Below, one piece after another: positions 27,823 to 37,040 of a stretch of DNA of 41,018 bases; the stretch's first letter is position 1; each line of letters opens with the position of its first letter. The notes under the pieces were generated by a model. The model had not been told where the DNA came from, made no database searches, and was given only the letters and a program-made list of their open reading frames with translations. The position numbers and the translations under genes are program-made. Where the stretch lies: positions 1-41,018 of the forward strand of contig JABJGX010000023.1 in the NCBI GenBank assembly GCA_018662075.1, read 5' to 3'. The stretch comes from Candidatus Peregrinibacteria bacterium. GTDB taxonomy: Bacteria > Patescibacteriota > Gracilibacteria > Peribacterales > Peribacteraceae.

Positions 27823-29091
27823 CTATGCCCAGTTTGAAGGCGTTATTCCTGGACAATCGAAGCTTTCGCACAATTCTTCTACTTCTTGCGCGATAGATGC
27901 AAGTTTAGCGTTGTCGTCTGCATTATCGATAGCGGCTGACATCCAGTCTCCAAGTTTCTTCATTTCAGCTTCCTTCATTCCACGAGACGTCACTGCAGGT
28001 GTTCCAATACGGACTCCAGATGGATTGAAAGGAGATCCTGTATCAAATGGAACGGTATTACAGTTGGTTACAATTCCTGCTTTATCGAGGGCTCTGGCTG
28101 CATCTCTTCCAGAGATCCCCTTACACTTCAGTGTCTCGAACAAGATGAGGTGGTTATCTGTACCGCCAGTAACAAGCCTAAAACCATGACTGTTGAGTTG
28201 TTCTGCAAGAGTCTTTGCGTTTGCTACAATCTGCGCTGCATAGTCTTTGAACTCTTGAGTATCTGCTTCTTTAAGGGCAACTGCGATTGCTGCTGTTGTA
28301 TTGTTGTGTGGCCCACCTTGTAGTCCTGGAATGATGGCTTTATCGATCTTTACTGCATGCTCTTCCTGACAGAGGATCATTGCGCCTCGTGGTCCACGGA
28401 GTGTTTTGTGTGAGGTTGTGATTCCAGTATCTGCCATTGGGTATGGACTTGGGTGAACGCCACCAACAATGAGCCCTGTAATGTGAGATGTATCTGCATG
28501 GAAGAGTGCACCTACTTCGTCACAGATCTCACGGAATTTAACGAAGTCGATAATACGAGGGTACGCAGTGTATCCAGCAATGATCATTTTTGGTCGTACT
28601 TCTTTTGCTTGTTCGAGGATCTTGTCGTAGTTAAGAAGTTCTGTCTCAGGGTCGAGTTCATAAGGAGAGCTGTTGTAGGTTTTTCCAGAGAAGTTTACCT
28701 TCCAACCATGTGTAAGGTGACCTCCGTGTGGAAGAGCAAGCCCCATAATAGTATCGCCATGTTCAAGGACTGCGTGGTACACCGCCATGTTTGCAGGACT
28801 TCCTGAGTATGGCTGTACGTTTGCATGTGGCATATTAAACATTTTCTTTGCTCGCTCTATTGCGAGAATCTCCACCTGGTCTACCATCTGTTGACCTTCG
28901 TAATACCTCTTCTTTGCGTATCCTTCTGAGTACTTGTTTGTAAGGACAGATCCTGTTGCTTCCATTACTGCATGTGATGCGTAGTTTTCGGATGGAATGA
29001 GTCGCATCTTATTCCATTCACGTGTTTCCTCTTCCATAATAAGATCGCGGATCTCTGGATCAGTTTCCTTGAGTGATGGTAGGTAGGTCAT
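27823..29091 (-). CDS. glyA: Serine hydroxymethyltransferase
   Basis: LIPSENY, NKYSEGY, GGHLTHG, TTSHKTLRGPRG, GGTDNHL. Confidence 0.97.
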   Translation of the reverse strand: MTYLPSLKETDPEIRDLIMEEETREWNKMRLIPSENYASHAVMEATGSVLTNKYSEGYAKKRYYEGQQMVDQVEILAIERAKKMFNMPHANVQPYSGSPANMAVYHAVLEHGDTIMGLALPHGGHLTHGWKVNFSGKTYNSSPYELDPETELLNYDKILEQAKEVRPKMIIAGYTAYPRIIDFVKFREICDEVGALFHADTSHITGLIVGGVHPSPYPMADTGITTSHKTLRGPRGAMILCQEEHAVKIDKAIIPGLQGGPHNNTTAAIAVALKEADTQEFKDYAAQIVANAKTLAEQLNSHGFRLVTGGTDNHLILFETLKCKGISGRDAARALDKAGIVTNCNTVPFDTGSPFNPSGVRIGTPAVTSRGMKEAEMKKLGDWMSAAIDNADDNAKLASIAQEVEELCESFDCPGITPSNWA

Positions 29092-29112
29092 GCTTTGATA
29101 GTATCATAATGA

Positions 29113-29703
29113 TCAATCTTTTAAAGATATTTCTATGTAATCATTCGCAGTAATTACGGCGTTCATAAGGACATCATGCGGCTCTGTTGGTACTTCGATC
29201 ATAAGCTGACATTGAAGACAGGTTCCCCATAGAGGAGTGCGCGGATGATGCTTTTTGTACCACTCAAGCCAGGTGTCGTATCCACCAGAACCTCTGCCGA
29301 GACGGTTGCCCTGTCTATCAAAAGCTCTACCAGGAACAAGAATTATATCCACTTCTTTGTCTCCTAGCTCTTCTGCAGACTTTGGTGGTTCTGGAATAGT
29401 GAACTCTCCAGGTGGCAAGTTGTGTAGGTTCTCTGCTTTTCGGTAGATCATTTTTGTATCTGCACCAGCAAAGACTGGAAGGTAGACTGTATCCCCTCTG
29501 TCGAGCAGTTCTTTTAATAGAAGCCGAATATCAACTTCAGACTTCAGAGGGAAGTATGCACACACAGTCGATCCTTCGGGGATACTTTTCAAAAGAATAC
29601 GACTAAGAGTTCTTCCTTCTCCATGGCGCTTTTCTGTATCCATGTCATCAATACGCTTTTTTATCTCTTGCCGAAGAATCTTTTTCTCTTCTGATTTGTG
29701 CAT
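29113..29703 (-). CDS. 5-formyltetrahydrofolate cyclo-ligase
   Basis: ILVPGRAFDRQGNRLGRGSGGYD, PTEPHDV. Confidence 0.93.
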   Translation of the reverse strand: MHKSEEKKILRQEIKKRIDDMDTEKRHGEGRTLSRILLKSIPEGSTVCAYFPLKSEVDIRLLLKELLDRGDTVYLPVFAGADTKMIYRKAENLHNLPPGEFTIPEPPKSAEELGDKEVDIILVPGRAFDRQGNRLGRGSGGYDTWLEWYKKHHPRTPLWGTCLQCQLMIEVPTEPHDVLMNAVITANDYIEISLKD

Positions 29704-29715
29704 GACATCATTGTA

Positions 29716-31203
29716 TTAGAAAATCTCGGCTGCTGCATCTGCAAGGTTCACAATGTCTTCTTGTGGTTTGGCTGCTTCTACCGGTGCCTTATTATCATCA
29801 TCGAGTTTGCAGTGAATACCTAGCTTCTGCTTGAAGATCTTTTCGAAGATTGCTTCTACTGATCTACTTGCATCGACACCTCGTACTTTGTCTCTGTGAA
29901 ATGAGGATGAAAAGCAGATAGTAATCGTATTGTTTTCATAGTTTGTCACGCGACCATTCTTGAGAGACATCTTTACTGATGATGGAGTCGCTTCATTTAC
30001 AACGGATGTCCATGATTCTCTAATAGTCTCAATAGAGACTTCTGGTGCATTGATTATCGAAGGGGATGATACGGGCTCTGGTGTCTCTACTTCTTCAGCA
30101 ACTGGTTTTTCTTTTACTGGCTCTGGTTTCTTTAAAACAGGTTCTGGCTTCGGCTCCTCTTTTGGAGCTGCTTTTTTTATGGCAGGAGCTGCAACAGTGC
30201 CATCATTTGTGCAGAGCGACAGTAGAGCCGCTTCTACCACCAGGCCTGGTACAGGGCTTGTTCGCATGTCACGGATAGCCTTAAGGAATACATCGAGCAT
30301 TTTTAGGCTGTGTTCTGTACTATGGTTCGCTGCAATGGAATCGTGCAGGTTTGTTCGTGTGCTTTTTAAAAGGTGACGCAAAAATACATCGAGGGGGATG
30401 CCTGCATCTTCTACCTTTGCGATACTTTTGAGTACAGCATCTTTATCATTTGCCGTAATTGCCTCTAGTGCATTCACGCTATATTCCATACCGGTTCCTC
30501 CGGTGCGCTTTTTTACATCTTCGATCCCTACACTCTCAAGTGACTGTAGCTGGTCGAGTAGTGAAATAGCATCTCGCATTCCTCCTTCGCTGGCTGTAGC
30601 AATTGCCCGCAGAGCTTCACGGTCTATTGTTATATGTTCCTGGTCTGCAATGTATTGGAGACGTCTGATAATGTCCTCTTCTCTAATGTGTCTAAATGGG
30701 AAGCACTGACAACGGGACTGAATAGTTGTTGGGATTTTATTGAGCTCTGTTGTTGCGAGAATGAAGAAGACAAACTCTGGTGGTTCTTCGAGGGTTTTTA
30801 GGAGTGCGTTAAATGCTTCTTTCGTAAGCATATGTACCTCATCGACGATGTACACTTTTGCACTTGCGACGATAGGGGAGTACTGCACTTTTTCGATGAG
30901 CTCTCGTACATCATCAATTCCTCTATTACTTGCAGCATCGATTTCGAGAAGATCAACAATATTTCCCTCATCGACTCCTTTCTGAATTGTTTTTTTTAGT
31001 TCTTCATCTTCTATTCCCCGAGTCATAAGCTCTTTTGCAAGGAGGCGTGCAATGGTTGTCTTGCCGATTCCTCTACTGCCTGCAAACAAATATGCATGTG
31101 CCAATTTTCCTGAAACTGCTGCTTTTTCAAGGGTTGCAACTACGTGCTCTTGTCCTTGAACATCAGTAAATACTTTTGGCCGATATTTATTATAGAGTGA
31201 CAT
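29716..31203 (-). CDS. dnaX: DNA polymerase III subunit gamma/tau
   Basis: LYNKYRP, GSRGIGKT, EIDAASNRG, DEVHML, NALLKTLEEPP, SRC. Confidence 0.96.
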   Translation of the reverse strand: MSLYNKYRPKVFTDVQGQEHVVATLEKAAVSGKLAHAYLFAGSRGIGKTTIARLLAKELMTRGIEDEELKKTIQKGVDEGNIVDLLEIDAASNRGIDDVRELIEKVQYSPIVASAKVYIVDEVHMLTKEAFNALLKTLEEPPEFVFFILATTELNKIPTTIQSRCQCFPFRHIREEDIIRRLQYIADQEHITIDREALRAIATASEGGMRDAISLLDQLQSLESVGIEDVKKRTGGTGMEYSVNALEAITANDKDAVLKSIAKVEDAGIPLDVFLRHLLKSTRTNLHDSIAANHSTEHSLKMLDVFLKAIRDMRTSPVPGLVVEAALLSLCTNDGTVAAPAIKKAAPKEEPKPEPVLKKPEPVKEKPVAEEVETPEPVSSPSIINAPEVSIETIRESWTSVVNEATPSSVKMSLKNGRVTNYENNTITICFSSSFHRDKVRGVDASRSVEAIFEKIFKQKLGIHCKLDDDNKAPVEAAKPQEDIVNLADAAAEIF

Positions 31204-31224
31204 GGGAGAGGGAGTATAGAGAAA

Positions 31225-31321
31225 AAGGATTACGAAGACTACAAGGACTACAAGGATTCGTTGTTATCTTTGTTCTCATTGTACTCGTTGTAATCCTTGT
31301 AATCCTTGTCATCCTTAATCC
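31225..31321. repeat. Inverted arrays of 9-bp tandem repeats
   Basis: Left GGATTACGA AGACTACAA GGACTACAA GGATT; right six TTGTnnTCn units (31261-31314), including TTGTAATCC twice. Confidence 0.8.
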
Positions 31322-31364
31322 TATGTTCTAGTCTACTCATCGATTATTCTTCATCTTCTATCTC

Positions 31365-31949
31365 ATGAAAAAACTACTCTCACTTTCCATTCTATCTACC
31401 AGCCTTCTCGTTGCATGCGGCGGCGATAGCGATGTTTCTGTTCGTCCTCCAAAAGGGAACGCCAATGCAGTTGTTATTGTTGAAGAGTTTGCAGACTTGC
31501 AGTGTCCTGCATGCTCGGCGGCTCATTCCCAAGTTACTGCTCCACTACTTGCAAAATACAGCAATGATATCCGATTTGAATTTAACCATTTCCCACTTCG
31601 GTCTATCCACCGATTTGCTTTAGATGCTGCTGAAATGTCTGAATGTGCAGCGGACCAAGGAAAGTTCTGGGAGTTTGTTGATATTGCTTATGAAAAGCAG
31701 AAAGATCTTGGCCTCGAGACTCTTATGGATTGGGCAGAAGTTATCGGTCTTGATACAGACATTGCAGAACGTTGTTGGAAGTCACATAGCAAGAGAGACA
31801 TTGTACTCAATGATTATAAAGAAGGGCGTGACCGTGATGTCGCGGGAACTCCTACATTCTTTGTAAACGGAAAACGTGTAAAGACTGGTGTTGATACTCT
31901 AGGTGCAGCTATCGAAGCTGCCCTTAAGGGGAACCAGATGCCTCTATAA
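31365..31949 (+). CDS. DsbA-family thioredoxin-fold lipoprotein
   Basis: Lipobox LVAC; EEFADLQCPAC; HFPL; QGKFWE; GTPTFFVNG. Confidence 0.92.
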   Translation: MKKLLSLSILSTSLLVACGGDSDVSVRPPKGNANAVVIVEEFADLQCPACSAAHSQVTAPLLAKYSNDIRFEFNHFPLRSIHRFALDAAEMSECAADQGKFWEFVDIAYEKQKDLGLETLMDWAEVIGLDTDIAERCWKSHSKRDIVLNDYKEGRDRDVAGTPTFFVNGKRVKTGVDTLGAAIEAALKGNQMPL

Positions 31950-31962
31950 AGAATCGCATATT

Positions 31963-31995
31963 AAAAAAGCAGGTTGTGAATAACCTGCTTTTTTT
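31963..31995. terminator. Bidirectional intrinsic terminator
   Basis: AAAAAAGCAGGTT-GTGAAT-AACCTGCTTTTTTT between convergent genes. Confidence 0.85.
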
Positions 31996-32000
31996 AAATA

Positions 32001-32594
32001 CTATTTGTAGAGTGGGCTGATCTGAGCGAATCCGTAGAGTCTTTCGAGCTCTGTATCGAAGAGTACGAGTGATCGGTACTTGATAGGCTCCTCTATTCCG
32101 ACGACTTCGTATCGACCAGTACCAAGGTTGCTACGCATGAGGCCGAGGTCTATTGCGCTTTCGTCTGGGAATTCTACGTCACGTGGGTCAACGACCGTAG
32201 AGAGGTAGAAGTGCAAGGACGGTCCTGGTGCAGATGCAAAGTCTGGTGCGAGGAACAAAGAGTTACCACTGTAGAGAACCTCACCAGCTGTGAATTCGGT
32301 AATTGGAGTGAACGATCCCTTTGACCCTTTACGCTGATCAACTCGTGCCTTCTGAGCAACTTTGAGCCAGCTTTCTTTTGTCTTATCAATAATTTTCATT
32401 TTTGCCTCATCCTTAATAATAGGATCTTCATAAATTTCGAGTTCTACCATTGTATCCACCATCGATTCAGAATAGCGTTCTGCAAAGAGGGGATTTTCTA
32501 GGAGGTAACTAAGCTCTTGCTCCTTGCTTGTATTTGCATTTTGACATGCAGTTAGAGCGAGTAGAGCCATTGATGCAATGATTGTTTTTTTCAT
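32001..32594 (-). CDS. Lipoprotein with C-terminal DM13-like domain
   Basis: Lipobox LTAC; GPSLHFYLS...IDLG...Y...LYGFA pattern. Confidence 0.65.
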   Translation of the reverse strand: MKKTIIASMALLALTACQNANTSKEQELSYLLENPLFAERYSESMVDTMVELEIYEDPIIKDEAKMKIIDKTKESWLKVAQKARVDQRKGSKGSFTPITEFTAGEVLYSGNSLFLAPDFASAPGPSLHFYLSTVVDPRDVEFPDESAIDLGLMRSNLGTGRYEVVGIEEPIKYRSLVLFDTELERLYGFAQISPLYK

Positions 32595-32663
32595 AAAGTA
32601 TAAAGAGAAGTAACTGAAATGCTATTGTAGTGATATTTTAGCCTTCTACAAGGTAAATAGGTG

Positions 32664-34730
32664 TTAGTTAAGAGAGGTCATTGGGCCGACAGATGCATAA
32701 TTTAGACCTTGAGACTCGAGTGCATAGGCTGCACGTGTCAGCTTTCCTCGTAGATTGTTCGCTACATTTTCATATTCACCAGCAGATACACCTTGGACAA
32801 TCAGGTTGCTCCAGTACCAAAAATTGTAGTTATCTTTATTATTATTTGCTGTTTGAGCAATCAGAGATGCTTCGGATGAGCTTGTGCAGATGTTCTGTGC
32901 CTTGTTAGGCTCTTCGTTGATTGCAGGCTTTTGATGTCCATCGACAAGGTTATTTTCGATTCTGTTTCCATGCCCGACCCCTGGTCTGAGTGTTTCGACG
33001 GTTTCCTCGCGAGCGGTTTCTCGTACAGACCCAAGGTCTCGTGGTAAGTATCCTCTATCTAGTGACCATTGTACGTTGTAGATAAGAACGCCAATCGTAC
33101 GAACACTTCCTGCATTTTGGCTCAGGGCATTTTCGTAAAATGGTCGTATAGGAGCTGGAAGTTGGCTCAGGCAAGAGTCGATTTCTTTCTTTGCTTCTAT
33201 GGCAGATTTCATATCGATACCAGTACCACTCTCTCCTTCTTCTGATGAAGAGCTAAAGGTTTTTAGGTACCTCTTCATAGATTCCAGTTCACTGACCTGA
33301 TGTTCTGTGATGGCCATTGGGGAAGCGAGTGCGAGAAATGCTTCTGCCTCGTCCCAATTTTCACTATCAAGAGCATGTCGAATTTTTCCTTTGATATCCT
33401 TAAAAGAGGAGTGTTCTTCGGGCGCGTCTTCTACTCCTACTCTACTTTCTGTTTCTTCTACATAACTTTTACGCTGTGCAAATGTAAGAGAGAGGAACGA
33501 TGTCTCGCTTAGCCTTGTGAGCCCTTGAGGAACGCGACCCTTTGTCATTTTTGATTCGAGGACATCAAACCGGAACCGCACTTTGGACCATTCTTTCACA
33601 AAGTTTTTTACTTCTTTCACAGAGCGGTCTCGCTCCATCATGTGTGCGACTAAGTATCCTGTATTGTTGTAACTGACGTACTTTGCCTGGGCTGCAGCAT
33701 CTATGACTGTTTTGATCTCCGAGTGGAGAGTCTCTTTTCCTTCTGCCTTTGCAACGACTGCGTTTTGTACTTCTTGGACAATGTTTACCTTTTTGTCATA
33801 GTGAAGAGCGAGGAATTTTTTTGGATCCTGAAAGAGTGCAATGTCTGCAACATCGTTTTTTTCTAAGGTTGCAGCGATAGGGTTGCCTTGGAGTTTTTGA
33901 TACTCTGTGTGAATCTTTTTCCAACTAGCGACGTAGGATGGAAATTGGCGCTTCACAAAGTACTCTCTCGCCTTTGGGTTTATAGAAGGGTCGTTGAAGC
34001 GAGCGATCCATTTTTTCTTTGAGTCTGCAGAGATGTATGTGCCAACAGCGCTATCAAGCTCTTTACTTAAACTTGCAAAGAGACTCTGCTCTCCATCTAC
34101 AATAGGAAGCGCTGACAGGACGTTTGTGATGAGCGCTTGCCTTTGAGGGAAAGTCAGGCTGTTTTGGAATTCATCTTTATTGCTTAGCTTTCCACACATC
34201 TCTTTAATCTTTGAATCGTTTGATTTACTTAACACAGAGAAGCGTGGGTCGTTTAAGGCTGTGTCTCTTTGCACAGAAACTCTGCGCCGCTCTGCAAGAT
34301 ACGTCGGGAGCGTTGTGTTTATAGCAGATTTCTTTTCATCGGAGTGACGGTTTCCGTCACGGATCCAGCCCATCCATGATGCGTATGATTTTTCTGAAAT
34401 TACTTTATCACCGAGGGCATTTTTAAGAGGACCTTCTACTTCATTGTGATACATCTGTAGATTTTCTGCCTTACGCTGCTCTGCACTTTCACTTAGATAG
34501 GAATCGATAAGAGGGCCCCACTGTGCACCATGATTTGAAAGAAGTTTTTCCATGTACTGGCGCTGGTCTCTTACCTGACTAGAAGAGAGGAGTCCTGTTT
34601 CTTGGAAATTAATGCTTACAAAATCTTCAAATCCTCTGCGGATATCTGCTGGATTTACCTCACGCATATCTTTAATCTCTTCAGTTTCTTGCCGGTTTGA
34701 GGTAGAAATGGAAGGTTCCTTATTTGCCAT
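32664..34730 (-). CDS. Large helical hypothetical protein with about 3 internal repeats
   Basis: 688-aa ORF; recurring IS/VS and F..L.F..R segments about 110-120 aa apart. Confidence 0.8.
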   Translation of the reverse strand: MANKEPSISTSNRQETEEIKDMREVNPADIRRGFEDFVSINFQETGLLSSSQVRDQRQYMEKLLSNHGAQWGPLIDSYLSESAEQRKAENLQMYHNEVEGPLKNALGDKVISEKSYASWMGWIRDGNRHSDEKKSAINTTLPTYLAERRRVSVQRDTALNDPRFSVLSKSNDSKIKEMCGKLSNKDEFQNSLTFPQRQALITNVLSALPIVDGEQSLFASLSKELDSAVGTYISADSKKKWIARFNDPSINPKAREYFVKRQFPSYVASWKKIHTEYQKLQGNPIAATLEKNDVADIALFQDPKKFLALHYDKKVNIVQEVQNAVVAKAEGKETLHSEIKTVIDAAAQAKYVSYNNTGYLVAHMMERDRSVKEVKNFVKEWSKVRFRFDVLESKMTKGRVPQGLTRLSETSFLSLTFAQRKSYVEETESRVGVEDAPEEHSSFKDIKGKIRHALDSENWDEAEAFLALASPMAITEHQVSELESMKRYLKTFSSSSEEGESGTGIDMKSAIEAKKEIDSCLSQLPAPIRPFYENALSQNAGSVRTIGVLIYNVQWSLDRGYLPRDLGSVRETAREETVETLRPGVGHGNRIENNLVDGHQKPAINEEPNKAQNICTSSSEASLIAQTANNNKDNYNFWYWSNLIVQGVSAGEYENVANNLRGKLTRAAYALESQGLNYASVGPMTSLN

Positions 34731-34827
34731 GTGTAGGCATTGTAGAGAGGTGATTTACTATAGCAATTTGATTCTCAAAGATTTATGGTACCATCACTAT
34801 CCTTACACGTATTTTCCAAGCGAACAC

Positions 34828-35454
34828 ATGATTCTTTCAGACAGAGATATCAAGCAGAGTATTACCGATGGCCGTATTATTGTTGAGTCCAATCAGAAAG
34901 AGCTCTTTCGGTATATTCATGCTTCATCTATGGACTTTAGGCTCGGCAATACCTTCAAGCTCTACGAGCATAGTAAGTTTGCAGTACTCGACCCTATGAA
35001 CCCAGAATCATTTGCAGGAAACATGCGTACGATCACTGTGGCTGATGGAGATTCTTTTATTGTGCAGCCAGGGGAGTTTGTTCTCGGTGTTACACAGGAA
35101 AAGATCACACTGCCAGATGATTTGGTCGCAAGAGTAGAAGGAAGGAGCAGTCTTGGGCGTCTTGGTATTATAGTTCATTCAACAGCAGGATTCGTAGATC
35201 CTGGTTTCTCTGGAACTATTACACTTGAAATTTCGAACCTTAACCGTCTCCCAGTAGCGTTGTATCCTGGAATGCGTGTGTGCCAGTTGGCCTTCGAGAA
35301 GATGACCTCAGCAGCTGATACGCCGTATCACAGCAAGCCATTTAGTAAGTATCAAGGACAGGTGCTTCCAGAGGAGAGTCGGTTGTCTATCGACCCTGAA
35401 TTTGCCAAGACTGCTAAGGAACTGCCTCTAAACCAGGAAGTAGTCGTTGGGTAA
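34828..35454 (+). CDS. dcd: dCTP deaminase
   Basis: MILSDRDI, ASSMDFRLG, EGRSSLGRLG, AGFVDPGFSGTITLE, KYQGQ. Start at 34828. Confidence 0.95.
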   Translation: MILSDRDIKQSITDGRIIVESNQKELFRYIHASSMDFRLGNTFKLYEHSKFAVLDPMNPESFAGNMRTITVADGDSFIVQPGEFVLGVTQEKITLPDDLVARVEGRSSLGRLGIIVHSTAGFVDPGFSGTITLEISNLNRLPVALYPGMRVCQLAFEKMTSAADTPYHSKPFSKYQGQVLPEESRLSIDPEFAKTAKELPLNQEVVVG

Positions 35455-35480
35455 TACTGAGAAACTAAGGTCTAAGACCC

Positions 35481-35669
35481 TTGATATTAATGCATGAATA
35501 TGGTATTTAAAGGCCTTCGCTTGGCTTATCTAAGCGAAGATTTGGTCTTTGACAGTATCGAATCATATTCAAAACTTCAGAGGTTGCTGTAAGTATATTT
35601 TGTATGTTTTCAGCAGCTTCTGAGGTGTTCTCAGATGTGCATCAACTAGATGATGATAGGAGTGAGTAA
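35481..35669 (+). promoter_or_regulatory. nhaA promoter and structured 5' leader with boxB/boxA-like element
   Basis: TTGATA-17-TATTTA; hairpin 35515-35539; TGGTCTTTGACA at 35543-35554; 15-bp stem 35575-35625; SD AGGAG at 35658. Confidence 0.55.
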
Positions 35670-36959
35670 ATGAAACAACGAACCAGTGGCCTGCAGAAGG
35701 CTTCGCAGTGGCTTCTGGCAGATAGTCGGTTGCTTATCGCGGGGTCAGTTATTGCGCTTGTTTGGGCGCACGTGGATTTCTTCGGGGGCACTCATACCCT
35801 CGAGCACTTCACACACTTTGAAGTTGGACAGCTGTTTGCAGAACCTGCAGCTGATGCAGAACACTCGCCTCATGGCATGACCGTTCATGTTCTGATCGGT
35901 ATGGCGATGGCTTTCTTCTTCGGCATTGCTGGGGCGGAAGTGAAGGAGTCGACGCTTAAAGGTGGAGATTTAAACCCTCCATCGAAAGCGGCAGTTCCAT
36001 TGTTTGCAACAGCTGGAGGAATCTTGGGTCCCATTGGGGTTTACCTCTTTCTGGCAGTTGTTACAGGAAAAATTGCTCTCTACGCCAATGGTTGGGCTAT
36101 TCCGACCGCCACCGATATTGCCTTTTCGTATTACTTCGGCAACATGATCTTTGGCAAGGGCTCTGCCCCTGTGAAGTTCCTGTTACTGCTTGCGATTGCA
36201 GATGATGCAGTAGGACTGGTTATTATCGCCTTCGGCTTCACCGACTTTGCGCAAATTCACTTGTTGTGGATGTTGCTCCCTGTCGTTGCTGTTGTTCTGA
36301 CAATCGTAACCGCAAAGCTCCTGCAAGGGCATAAGAACCACAGCCATTGGCTGTATTTTCCGTTCATGGCTATCAGCTTGTATGGTTTCTATCGTACGGG
36401 AGTGGAGCCTGCTCTCGCATTTGTTCCAATCGTGTGGTTCATGCCGCATGCACAGACAGACCTTGGACTCTTCGCACATGGAGAATCTGAACGAGATGAT
36501 ACATTGAACCAGTTCGAGCACTTTTGGAAGCCGTGGGTAGAGGGGATACTTTTCTTCTTTGCTCTGACAAATGTTGGGGTGCCACTTGCGGGTATTGGTG
36601 TCGGGACACTGCTCGTTGCAGTTGCGCTGATCCTTGGTAAACCTCTCGGCGTATTGGTTTGCACATGGCTTGCGGTGAGGGTCTTTGGCCTTCGCCTTCC
36701 TGACGGGATGAACTATAAGATGGTGACCTGTATCGGAATGATTGCCGGTATCGGATTCACGGTGGCATTGTTTGTCGCTGTGAAAGCATTCGGCTCTCCC
36801 GAGTATGCAATGCAACTGCCTGAGGCAAAGCTGGGCGCACTGTTCAGTTTCCTCGCAGCTCCGCTGGCCATCTGGTATGCGCGAGCAGCTGGTATTAAAC
36901 CAGCGGATACCCCTGAGCAACCTGAGCAGGTCATTGAGTTGGAAACTCAGCCTGTCTGA
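35670..36959 (+). CDS. nhaA: Na+/H+ antiporter NhaA
   Basis: GWAIPTATDIAF, LLLAIADD, GKPLG, GIGFTVALF. Confidence 0.93.
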   Translation: MKQRTSGLQKASQWLLADSRLLIAGSVIALVWAHVDFFGGTHTLEHFTHFEVGQLFAEPAADAEHSPHGMTVHVLIGMAMAFFFGIAGAEVKESTLKGGDLNPPSKAAVPLFATAGGILGPIGVYLFLAVVTGKIALYANGWAIPTATDIAFSYYFGNMIFGKGSAPVKFLLLLAIADDAVGLVIIAFGFTDFAQIHLLWMLLPVVAVVLTIVTAKLLQGHKNHSHWLYFPFMAISLYGFYRTGVEPALAFVPIVWFMPHAQTDLGLFAHGESERDDTLNQFEHFWKPWVEGILFFFALTNVGVPLAGIGVGTLLVAVALILGKPLGVLVCTWLAVRVFGLRLPDGMNYKMVTCIGMIAGIGFTVALFVAVKAFGSPEYAMQLPEAKLGALFSFLAAPLAIWYARAAGIKPADTPEQPEQVIELETQPV

Positions 36960-36983
36960 CAATGATTCGGTCGAAAACCTACG

Positions 36984-37018
36984 AACCGCTACTCCTTTAT
37001 TGGGGTGGCGGTTTTTTT
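36984..37018 (+). terminator. Intrinsic terminator of nhaA
   Basis: AACCGCTACTCC-TTTATT-GGGGTGGCGGTT followed by a T-run. Confidence 0.85.
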
Positions 37019-37040
37019 CAATGCGTATTACGGTGTATCT

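Noticed and set aside
31225..31321. CRISPR array
   Set aside because: Units are 9 bp with no spacers, and there are no cas genes in the window.
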